64,000 nt of DNA from Diadema antillarum. Taxonomy: Eukaryota. The stretch lies in assembly GCF_040938485.1 (NCBI RefSeq), contig NW_027270973.1, positions 248,001 through 312,000 of the forward strand, read 5' to 3'. The position numbers and the translations under genes are program-made. Under the pieces are notes generated by a model. It had not been told where the DNA came from, did not search any database, and was given only the letters and a program-made list of their open reading frames with translations. This document shows positions 11,957 through 23,500 of this stretch, in pieces (within the stretch, counting starts at the first letter, position 1; each line of letters opens with the position of its first letter).

Positions 11957-13783
11957 ATAGGGTGCAGTTGTGATTATACAGAGACAATTGTTAGTGCACA
12001 CTTTCACAATATGTCGTGTATGTTCTTTCAGAAACAGTTTTACAAGAAATCGAACACAAAAGCAAGGCATGACTTGACCCTGAGGAGTCTTGTCCCAAAG
12101 CAATATTCATTTTCACATTGTTTATGCACGGATTTACATACATTGTCAATTTATCCCACTACATAACAGACTATTTTTAGCTTTTGCTACTTGTTGCATG
12201 ATGTTGTGACTACGATGACTGAAAAATTGATCCATTTACAACTAATTTTGCGGTATCTTCTGTTCTTATTGTGCTTTCACATACACTTGTTTGTAGCTTC
12301 CAATCTGTTGTCCAGACACAGTCAGTGTTATACAAATTACGCACAGGACAGAGTGGTGGTGAGAACTATTCAAACCCACTCGCTGCGCTCGTGGGTTTCA
12401 GACTGTTTCTGGAGTTAAACGTCAACATATCATTCTAAATGATCTAAGAAATAGGCCTGTGTATCATTCCATTCGTTTTGTAAATAGACCTGCAAACTCA
12501 TGAAATTCAACCTTTTTTCATCACGAGTGTGGTACACAACACTTTGAGCCATGCGTTCGGATGTTACCTGACGCACGGCCAATGCGTTCGGATTTTACCG
12601 GACGCATTAGGCCATGGGCTAGTAGGGGTCAACGTGCACCCCCTCTGCACCTAACATTCATTGTTGTTTCCATGTAGCCCGTGGTCTGGAGAGTCAGAAA
12701 AGGGATGTTAACAAAAAAAAGTTGGGTCCCAAGACCCGCCCCGTGACGTTTTGTGACGTCACTTCCGGAACGACCTCTTCGCGAATATGGGGGGAATAGC
12801 ATTTGGGTATTATCCTAATAAAGTGGTCCCCATGCCTTTATTTTTCAATGATAACCAAAGATTTTGGTATTTCTAGATTCCTCAGAAGATGGGAAATATG
12901 ATGCAAAGCAAAGTTTGGCAATATAAGCCCTCAGTTTGTCGTCATCGACAACAAAATGGGCAACGATGTCGACAAAATTCAACAAAATTTTTTAAAAATT
13001 GTTTCATCCTTTAAGTTTGTATATTTTTGTGAAAAATTTGTTAAATTACTTGAGATTTGGTCTGGATATTAAATAAATATCCTTTTTTACGAAAACAAAA
13101 GATTTTGGCCTAATTGTAATCCGATCTTCTTCTGTAGACATTCAGGTGTGCATGCGCGGTGTCTGGAAATCAGCCTCCAAAATGCCTTTTTTTATGTCCT
13201 GTATCAAAATTGAGTTACAACGAATCTTTTCATCATGTAAATTCAGAACTTTAATCAATTTTTGCAATCAGCAATCACCTGATTGAATAAAAGTTGCCTT
13301 AAAATGAGAAATCGAAGGTGACCATGATTCTTGTTGATGATGACGTTGGCCACGACATCGAAGATGAAGACGACGTCAAAGACTAGAATTACGATATAGC
13401 AGAGGTTATTTTAGATATGTTTTAGTCTCTTTTAGAATTTCGTAAAATATTGTAAGTCATGTTTGTAGTTGGGTCAGTCAAATATGTACATTTCCTCGTT
13501 GGTAATGATTTTATCAACGTCAATATCTGATTGTTTGTTTATTCCGTTGATTTCACTGAATTTATATTCATTTGATTAATACGCAGTATGACCTAAACTA
13601 TTTTGATTTTTTTTCACTATTTTCTTTCGAAAATTTGGCAATAGAGACTTGCAGGTCATCAACAACGAAATGGGCATAAGTGAGGTCGACAAACTAAGTC
13701 AGCACAAGCTCTTATGCTAACTTAGATATTCATTACTTTGTGGTTAATTCACTATATCAATTGGAATTTAGTCTGGATGTTAA

Positions 13784-14363
13784 AGGATAAGTCCAACTTC
13801 GTGTACATGTAGGTGAAGTAAATGCTGCAATATTAGTAGAATTCCACATCAGTAAAAGTTTGGGGAAAGCGGGCAATCCATTCAAAAGTTTTGAATTTTT
13901 AAAGTATCTGCACTGTCACTGCTGCATGAGAAGACTACTACAGTGTGCGATGTCACATGCGTAGAACGAACGATATATACATGTAAGGAAAATATAAAGA
14001 GAATTCTACAAAATCTTATTTTTTGAAACACGTGCATATTTCTTCCACAAGTCAGTACCTTATATTAAGGATATTATTCTTCCTGCCTTCTGACAGAGAC
14101 AAGTCAAGTGTTCTTTATTTTGTAAGAAAAGTGAAAATATGTTGAATTTTCTTTTTATTTTCTTTATATCATTCTACACATGACAGTGACATCACAAGCT
14201 GTATTAGTCTTCTCATCCAGCAGTGAGCGAGCAGAAACTTCAAAAATTCATAACTTTTGAACGGATTGTCTGATTTTCCTCAAACTCTCACTGATGTGTT
14301 CTACTAATATTGGTGTATTCACTCAATCCACATGTCACATGTCTGTCAAGTTGAACTTTTCCT
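13784..14363. mobile_element. TTAA-flanked MITE (Kolobok/piggyBac-type target)
   Basis: TTAA at 13780-13783 and 14364-14367. The TIR AGGATAAGTCCAACT pairs with AGTTGAACTTTTCCT, and the inverted similarity extends ~200 bp inward. Confidence 0.75.
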
Positions 14364-16282
14364 TTAAATAAACAGCCATTTTTCATTTAAAAAATAACAA
14401 AATGAGCCATTATTCTAATCCTGGCCTCTTCTGTAGATGTTCAAGAGGGCAGGATAAGTGCGAAATAAGAACCAACAAAGTGTCTTTTTTGGTGACTAGT
14501 AACTTGATATATTAACTCGTATATTTCCAGTAGAATCGGAACTTTAATCATTTTGTTTAAATCATCAAACACCTGCTGACATACATTTGACTTCAGTGAT
14601 GACGGCAAAGACAGCGGCATCGATGACAAAATTTACATTGGAGTTTCGTCTAAATACCAAATTCAACTGAATTTAGCAATTACTTTAAGACGACCTTTAA
14701 AGATTAACACTATTAGCTATGAGGAAAAGAAGATTTTGATTACATCTGCATTTTGCCTTCTCAACAAACTCAAATCCTTTAAAGAGAATTTAGTATGTTT
14801 TTTATAACAATCCTGAAGTCTTTTAAGATGTTTAGTGTGCATGCAAGGTGTGTGAAACAAGCCGCCGTTAGTTCTTTTCTGCTGTCTAGCAATCAGTTTT
14901 TCGTCAAAAGATCAGAAACTTCAAGTATTATAATTTGCATGAAAGAAAATATAAAGGAAAATAACTAAGAGAAATTTGGCTTAAAATGAGAAATTTGAGG
15001 CAACTATACAGCTTTCTTGTCACCATTTCTATTGATCATAATGACAACATAATTCTATCATAATTTACCACGACAAATCATTTAATGTGACTATAAAGGC
15101 ATGTTTATTATAAGCAATATCCCAATTCATGGGACATTATCTGAAATGGTTATAAGACAATGATAGTTCAGTAATAGGAATTTGATTTCAAAGATCATAT
15201 GAGGCATATATAATACATTCATTCTTTGCTAAAAGTTGGTTGCTGTTAGATACTAGAAATTCCAATAGCCTTTTTTTCATGAGTATTTTTTTGTTTAGTC
15301 AGGTTTCGTAACTTATGCTTTGAAAATATCATTAGCATTCATACTTGATAGTCAACACCAACCAATTATTTGTGATACCTCTTTTTATTTTTTTTTATTC
15401 CATCTGAAAGTATAAAGAAACTTTGTAAATGTAACATTGTTCACAGTAGAATTGGTTACATGATGTTTCATAACAAATTATTTGCTAATTATTATGTATT
15501 TTTTCCAGCATGATTTACTTCCCATGAAATTATTGAGGGTCCAACATCGAAATGCTTCAAATGATTACCACTGGTTTAATACCGATATGTTGAAATTGAT
15601 GGAGTCATTTACCAGCTCTAAGTTATCCTTTCAAAGTCTGACACTCGTTTGCCCATGAACTCTGTTACAATTAAATTCCGATGTCACTATCATTGTAACT
15701 CTGTGATTCTATTGGTTGAATGAATTAATTTTCACTATTTTCACTGTCGCTATCAGTATCGGACTCCGATTCATAGGTCATGGTGCCTAACAAGATGTCC
15801 CCAAGCTGATGCGGAATCATCTCCCCATCCTGTCAGTGTCTGACATTCATTTGCGCATGAGTTCTGAACCAAATCAAATTCCAATATCCATAATGGTCAT
15901 TTTCTGAGTGCGGTATATGCTGAATTAATCCATTTTTACTCATGTCACTGTTGCCATTCCAGTATCGGCTCCGATTCATCAGCCACAGTGACTTCCAGGA
16001 TGCATGTCCCCAAGCTGACGCGGCAGCACCTCCCTTCAGGTCCACAGAGGTCGCATTAGGTCTTCATCCTTTGCCCATCATGTCTTTCGTTTGGGTTTGT
16101 TGCTAGCTTTCATATTCTTGTTTGATAATTGCATAGGACATGCTGCTCTAAAACGTTTCAGCAGGGCGGTATCATAGCCAGATCAAAGTTTATTGCCTTT
16201 GTGACATTAGCCGTTTCACCGCACTTGGACTGAAACAAGTTTGGAGGGCATTCACCTTCTTCTGTTACCATACAAGGCACAT

Positions 16283-17692
16283 CTTTCACTGTCTTCTGGG
16301 ATATGCCCAAACTCATTAAAAATTGCGAAAGTAGTTCCAATTTTCAAAAGAAAAGACGACCCTTCTCTTTTAACAAATTACAGACCAATATCGTTATTAC
16401 CTAGTATTTCTTAAATTCTGGAAAAAATTATTCATAAACGCCTGTACATTTTTCTTCATGTAAATGACCTACTTATACCTAATCAGTTTGGATTTAGAAA
16501 GGGCCATTCCACCGATTTAGCTATAATTCAATTGTTAGATAAGATTACTGAATCTTTTGCAAATAAAAAACATTTTATAGGAATTTTCATGGATTTATCA
16601 AAGGCTTATGATACCATAGATCATGATATATTAATTTACAAATTAAAAAGATATGGTATTCGTGGTTTAGCACTTTCTTTGATTATTGATTATTTATCCA
16701 ACAGAAAGCAATATGTACTATTTAAGTCATCTAAAGCTCCGAATTCTAATATTGTATGTGGTGTTCCCCAGGGATCAATTCTTGGCCCCCTACTGTTCCT
16801 TGTATATATTAATGATATAATAAATACATCAAAAACTCTTAAATTTGTACTTTTTGCGGATGATACTAATATTTTTTACTCCCATGAGAACCTTGAAACA
16901 CTGTTTAATACTCTGAACACGGAAATAGACAAAGTCTCCCGATGGTTTATATGTAATAAATTATCCCTTAATGTCTCTAAAACAAATTTTATACGTTTCA
17001 AACCTACTGCTTCACAGAACATTAACAGCAGTTATAATATCAATATTGATGGATTATCTTTAACTGAAGTAAGATCTACTAAATTTTTAGGAATCACAAT
17101 TGACTCGAGTTTAACTTGGAACGATCACATTCATAATATCCACACGTCTGTCTCAAGAACTGTAGGAATTTTATATCGACTGAATTCATTTCTCAAAATT
17201 CCCCCGACTATTCTATACAATGCATTGATCTTACCACATATCACATACTGCAATATCGTTTGGGGAAACTGTGGCTCAACTAAAATTAATCCAATTTTTA
17301 CTCTCCAAAAACGTGCTGTACGTTTGATTACCAATTCCCGTTACTTATCCCCATCCAATCCCCTATTTCGTCAACTAAAAACATTGAAAATTGAGGATCT
17401 TCACACCTTTCAAACTGCTGTTTTTATGTATAAATATACATTTAATTGTCTTCCAAAAATTTTTGATGGCTTCTTCACTCCAAATTTCACCGTTCATTCA
17501 TATCCAACACGTCAGTCGTCCGATTACCATCTCGAAAACCCCAGAATCATTTTAGCTCAAAAATCATTAAAGCACAATGGACCAGATATTTGGAATTCTT
17601 TACCCCCTAATTTAAAACAACGTACGTCGTTGAACATTTTCAAACGAGAACTAAAAAACACCCTCATAATCCAGTATACTTCTGACACATAA
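16283..17692 (+). pseudogene. LINE reverse transcriptase domain, truncated, with one premature stop
   Basis: The frame reads LSLSSG...KIAKVVPIFK...NYRPISLLPSIS*ILEK (TAA at 16412-16414), then QFGFRKGHST, FMDLSKAYDTIDH, GVPQGSILGPLLFLVYIND and LFADDT. Confidence 0.92.
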
Positions 17693-18219
17693 ATATTCAT
17701 ACCACCTGGTCAACAAACACCCTAAACAATGAGTTCACGGCCATAACTGAAGTAACATTCACCTCATCACACTGATACACAAAATAACACTCAACGTACA
17801 AACCAAGATTCATCCCAACACAATGCACACCGCACTGCACCGCACGCCCTTCGCACAATTACTTCCCACTCAGTGAGTGGCAAGATTTTCTTTATGTATC
17901 TCTTCGTTGTGCCCTTTGCACAATTACCCCCCACTCAGTGAGTGGCAAGATTTTCTTTATGTATCGCTTTACCTGGGGCCATCTTCCTCGTCAAGCTTAG
18001 CTTATGATGATGGTCCCCTGCATTTCATTTTTATCATTTCCTATTGCTTCCTTTCATATATGATATTCATTCTTGAAAAAAAAAATGTATGTAAGATCCA
18101 AACGTTACGAATATTAGCTGTGTAAATGACTATGTAAGTATTTTGTTGATTTGTTGATTTGTATTGATTTTGAAATGCAGAAATAACAACTGAACTGAAC
18201 TGAACTGAACTGAACTGAA
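16283..18219 (+). mobile_element. 5'-truncated non-LTR retrotransposon (CR1/L2/Crack-type LINE)
   Basis: RT coding region, then a 3'UTR with a GGGGCCATC...GATGGTCCCC stem-loop (~17976-18018), a ~65-bp tandem duplication (17856/17921) and an (AACTG)6 tail at 18188-18217. Confidence 0.9.
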
Positions 18220-18440
18220 GGTAAATCGTTCCAGTTCATCATCGTCTCAGCTTTAACATTTCAAGATTCACCAAGCTTTGGAAATACAGCATGAAATGTC
18301 TCATCAGCCTCGACATTGTTTTTACCTTCCCCTTTGAAGGAAGTTTGAAGCTAGGCAAACAAGGTCCACGAGTTTGACACTTTTCTAAGCAACAACCCCC
18401 CCCCCCCCCCCCCCCCATCGAGAAATTGTACATCGTGATT

Positions 18441-18514
18441 GAATCGTGACTCGAACTCGGGTCCTCCGATCAGGAGTCGAAAGTTTTACCCATGCACTAT
18501 GCCACAGAACCGCC
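18441..18514 (-). mobile_element. tRNA-derived SINE head / pseudo-tRNA (CCT loop)
   Basis: The reverse complement has an A-box-like TGGCATAGTGCATGG, an anticodon-like arm TTCGA-CTCCTGA-TCGGA and the B box GTTCGAGTC. The acceptor stem does not pair. Confidence 0.6.
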
Positions 18515-18768
18515 AAGAACCCACAAGTAAGCATTCCCAAATTAAAAAAAACCCCAAACAAACATTAAAGTAATTTAGGCCTCTAAAAGTCCATTGTCTC
18601 TATTATGCATCATGTATAGTGTCATTTCGGTGACAAGTTCAATGTGGATGCAATTTCTTAAGAAAATAGAGGAAAAATCATGTCAAAAATATTATCCACG
18701 CCTGATACAGTATTTAGAAATGTGCCAGTGAGTGCAGCGTAGTTGAGATAAGTGTTTTAATTGTGAAA

Positions 18769-19361
18769 AGGGGAAATCCAGTCCAAATAAAAGTTAGTCC
18801 GATAAGAAAAAGTAAGATATTACGAGTTCAATGGTTAAATTGTGATCGAAATCGCATGAAAAATATGGAAGTCATATGAAATTTTGAAGTTTCGCTATTT
18901 TTTGAGGAAATAGTTCTTGAACGGTCGATATGAATATGCAAATGACAAAGTGAGCATGTCATCCCCTCACATCTTGCCATATAGTTTGTACATAAAATTT
19001 TGACATTTCCAGTTTTTCATTCAAACGCAATTATACTCGAGGCTCAAATCATGATATATCTAACATCACTATTACCAAGTTATGCAACCAGGAATAACAT
19101 CATTTGTCAGACTTCAATGACTGAAACATTGAATTTTCTTTATCTTTTGTACACGATCAATGGAAAATTGTGAGGTTATGACATGGTTTGGTTACTCATT
19201 TGCATATTCTTATCCACTGTACAAGAAATTTTTGCAAAAATTAGCAAAAAATAGTAACTTCCTTATTTTTCATCAGATTACAGTCATATTCTTACCATTG
19301 AACTCGTAAGATTTTACTCTTTTTTCATCAGATTATCTTATTTTTAGACTGGATTTCCCCT
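18769..19361. mobile_element. TTAA-type MITE (second family)
   Basis: TIR AGGGGAAATCCAGTC...GACTGGATTTCCCCT. TTAA is on the right (19362-19365) and the left target is degenerate. The inverted similarity extends inward. Confidence 0.75.
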
Positions 19362-20549
19362 TTAAGCAGGATTTGAGTTTATTGCAAAGAAATAAAATGC
19401 CAGTGGAATTGAAAATTCATTATCTTCATTTCCTTTACTGTAAATTTATCGCTAAAATCAATCAATTGAAAATGAGATTTGCAAACGAATCCCAGCTATG
19501 TCGCATTTCTAGTCTTTGACGTCGTCTTCATCTTCGATGTCGTGATCAACGTCATCATCAAAAAGAACCATAGTCATATTTGATTTCTCATTTTAAGGCA
19601 ACTTTTATTCAATCAGGTGATTGCTGATTGCAAAAATTGATTAAAGTTTTGAATTTACATGATAAAAAGAATCGTTGTAACTCATTTTTTATACTGGATA
19701 TCAAAAAAAGGCATTTCGGAGGCTAATTTCCAGACACCGCGCATGCGCACTCGAACGTCTACAGAAGAAGATCGGATTACAATTAGGCCCAAATCTTTTG
19801 TTTTAATAAAAAAGGATATTCATTTAATATCCAGACCAAATTTCAAGTCATTTAACAAATTTTTCACAAAAATATACAAACTTAAAGGGTGAAACTTGAA
19901 AAATTGCACACATTTTGTAAAATTTTGTTGAATTTTGTCGACATCGTTGCCCATTTTGTTGTCGATGACGACAAACTGTGGGCTTATATTGCCAAACTTT
20001 GCTTTGCATCATATTTCCCATCTTCTGAGGAATCTAGAAATACCAAAATCTTTGGTTATCAATGAAAAATAAAGGCATGGGGATCACTTTATTAGGATAA
20101 TACCCAAATGCTATTCCCCCATATTCGCGAGAAGGTCGTTCCGGAAGTGACGTCACAAAACGTCACGGGGCGGGTCTTGGGCCCAACTTTTTTTTTTGTT
20201 AACATCACTTTTCTGACTCTTCAGACCAAGGGCTACATGGAAACAACAATAAATGTTAAGTGCAGAGGGGGTGCACGTTGACCCCCACTAGCCCATGGCC
20301 TACATGACTCGGTGTGGATCAGAAAAATCAGTGCATGATAATTGACCAAACAGATTGAAGAGATTCCAAAGTCCATTTAATAATACAGATTATATTACAT
20401 GTCGTTTCTGTAGTTCTTGGCTGTTTTCTTTTTTATGCCTGCGCAACGAAGTGTCGCCGATATCTTTTCGGGTTGTCCGTCTTTCCGTCCGTCAGCGTAA
20501 TTTAACAACAATTTGAGGTATGCAAATGAAACATGACAAAGGTATGTAA

Positions 20550-23500
20550 CATGGGCGTAAATCCCGGGGGGGGGGGGTTGGGGGGATATATCCCCTCCCC
20601 CCCCCCCCTGAAATGGAGGAGGGGGGGGGGATGGCCTGTACAATCATCCCCCCCCTGAATTTTGAGGAAAAAAATGGAGGAAGCAGAAATGTGATTGTAT
20701 CAATTTTGGCATATTGCATGACGTTTGTACGCCGGCCTTCAGACAGGTAACAGAGCTGAACAGTATTCTACCTTGTAGGAAAATGTATACATAATTTTCT
20801 GAAGCGCTCGCTCGCTTCGCTCGCTCGCGAAGAAAGTAACATCGACATACACTGTGAGGTATGGCTCAGACGTTGACAACGTCAAATAGTATAGGCCTAC
20901 ATGTAAACATGCTATGACGCGAGTAACTGGGGATCATCTGCAAAATATGATACGAAAACAAACAAACAAGCAAACAATAACAAAAATTATATCGCCATAC
21001 TTGAACTCCCTCCATTTCCTGAATCATTCCTGAGAAACGACAGTGACTGATGACTCAGTCAGGATACATTAATGGGCATACTCAGGGAAGATCAGGGGCG
21101 TCGAATCTATCTCGGGGGGGGGGGGGTGGAAGGGGCATTTGCCCCGCCCCTGCGGGAGTGTTTAGGCAGACAAATCATTTATCCCCCAAGCAATTCCCGA
21201 GATGAGGACAAATCTCAAACTTTCTTAATGGAAAATTGTCCAAATATCGCCAGAACTATGCACCAGATCGTTGTATTCCAATCATAACATACAAAAGCTC
21301 CGCTATACCGGATCCCTTTCGATAAACTTTGTACACTTTTGACATTGACGTATATTTCCTTAATTTATCAAAGAGTGTGCAGCAGATCTTTCACTAACAA
21401 AAGCACCCTCATATGCAGAGGCGTCGATGGGGGGGGGGGGTATGGTTCCCCCATAAAAGTGGGACAAACAAAAGCGAAAAATATAGCTATAAACGGCAGT
21501 TTTTGGATTGTAAAATGTCAAAATTTTAAAGCTCGCTCGCTTCGCTCGCTCGCATTTAATCATTATGCCATTCTCCTGATGTTGCTGCCAGTAATTGCCA
21601 GCAGTTTTCGCCCGGTGCGCCCCCTTAATTTCAAAAGCGAAAAAATACAGCCACAAACGACATTTTGGGGGACTGTGAAATGTCAAATTTTGAAGCTCGT
21701 TTGCTTCACTCGCTCGCATTTAATCATTATTCCATTCTCTTGATGTTGCTGCCAGTAATTGCCAGCAGTTTTTGCCCGGTGTGCCCCCTTAATTTCAAAA
21801 GCGAAAAAATACAGCCACAAACGACAGTTTTGGGGACTGTGAAATGTCAAAATTTTGAAGCTCGCTCGCTTCACTCGCTCGCATTTAATCATTATGCCAT
21901 CCTCCTGATGTTGCTGCCAGTAATTGCCAGCAGTTTTCGCCCGGTGCGCCCCCTTAATTTCAAAAGCGAAAAAATACAGCCAGAAACGACAGTTTTGGGG
22001 ACTGTGAAATGTCAAAATTTTCAAGCTCACTCGCTTCGCTCGCTCACATTTAATCATTATGCCATTCTTCTAATGTTGCTGCCAGTAATTGCCAGCAGTT
22101 TTCGCCCGGTGCGCCACCTTTAATTTCCAAAGCGAAAAAGTACAGCCACAAAGGACAGCTTTTGGGACTGTAAAATGTCAAAATCTTAAAGCTCGCTTGT
22201 ATTAAACAGCTATGCCATTCTCCTGATGTTGCTGCCAGTGACTGACAGCAGTTGCGCGCGGTGCGCCCCCCCCCCCCCTTAATTTCCAAAGCGAAAAATA
22301 TAGCTACAAACGGCAGTTTTTTGACTGTAAGATGTCAAACTTTTGAAGCTCGCTCGCTTCGCTCGCTCGCATTTAATCATTATTCCATTCTCCTGGGGGA
22401 GATGTTGCTGCCAGCAATTGCCATCAGTTTTCGCCCGGTGCGCCCCCCCCCCCCCTTAATTTTCAAAGCGAAAAATATAGCTACAAATGGCAGTTTTTGG
22501 ACTGTAAAATGTCAAAATTTTGAAGCTCGCTCGCTTCGCTCGCTCGCATTTAATCATTATGCCATTCTCCTGAGATGTTGCTGCCAGTAATTGCCAGCAG
22601 TTTTCGCCCGGTGCGCCCCCTTAATTTCAAAAGCGAAAAAATACAGCCACAAACGACATTTTTGGGGACTGTGAAATGTCAAAATTTTGAAGCTCGTTTG
22701 CTTCACTCGCTCGCATTTAATCATTATTCCATTCTCCTGATGTTGCTGCCAGTAATTGCCAGCAGTTTTTGCCCGGTGCGCCCCCTTAATTTCAAAAGCG
22801 AAAAAATACAGCCAGAAACGACAGTTTTGGGGACTGTGAAATGTCAAAATTTTCAAGCTCACTCGCTTCGCTCGCTCACATTTAATCATTATGCCATTCT
22901 TCTAATGTTGCTGCCAGTAATTGCCAGCAGTTTTCGCCCGGTGCGCCACCTTTAATTTCCAAAGCGAAAAAGTACAGCCACAAAGGACAGCTTTTGGGAC
23001 TGTAAAATGTCAAAATCTTAAAGCTCGCTTGTATTAAACAGCTATGCCATTCTCCTGATGTTGCTGCCAGTGACTGACAGCAGTTGCGCGCGGTGCGCCC
23101 CCCCCCCCTTAATTTCCAAAGCGAAAAATATAGCTACAAACGGCAGTTTTTTTGACTGTAAGATGTCAAACTTTTGAAGCTCGCTCGCTCCGCTCGCTCG
23201 CATTTAATCATTATTCCATTCTCCTGGGGGAGATGTTGCTGCCAGCAATTGCCATCAGTTTTCGTCCGGTGCGCCCCCCCCCCCCTTAATTTTCAAAGCG
23301 AAAAATATAGCTACAAATGGCAGTTTTTGGACTGTAAAATGTCAAAATTTTGAAGCTCGCTCGCTTCGCTCGCTCGCATTTAATCATTATGCCATTCTCC
23401 TGAGATGTTGCTGCCAGTAATTGCCAGCAGTTTTCGCCCGGAGCGCCCCCCTTAATTTCCAAAGCGAAAAATATAGCTACAAATGGCAGTTTGGGGACTG

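Larger units (their letters stand above)
12608..20302. mobile_element. long-TIR DNA transposon, Academ-like (no intact transposase seen)
   Basis: About 790-bp inverted repeats at 12608-~13400 and ~19495-20302, roughly 95% identical by eye. The termini are TAGGCCATGGG...CCCATGGCCTA, with a 3-bp direct repeat CAT at 12605-12607 and 20303-20305. The superfamily call is inferred from the TA...TA termini and 3-bp TSD. Confidence 0.65.

Noticed and set aside
12372-12398. Hairpin AAACCCAC-TCGCTGCGCTC-GTGGGTTT as a terminator or regulatory RNA
   Set aside because: This is a eukaryotic context with no associated gene, so it is more likely a transposon end motif. The family could not be assigned.
18441-18514. 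Functional tRNA genes (also at 1-75, 29150-29235, 47860-47931)
   Set aside because: Acceptor and D stems do not pair, and at least one continues into a SINE body, so they are called SINE heads.
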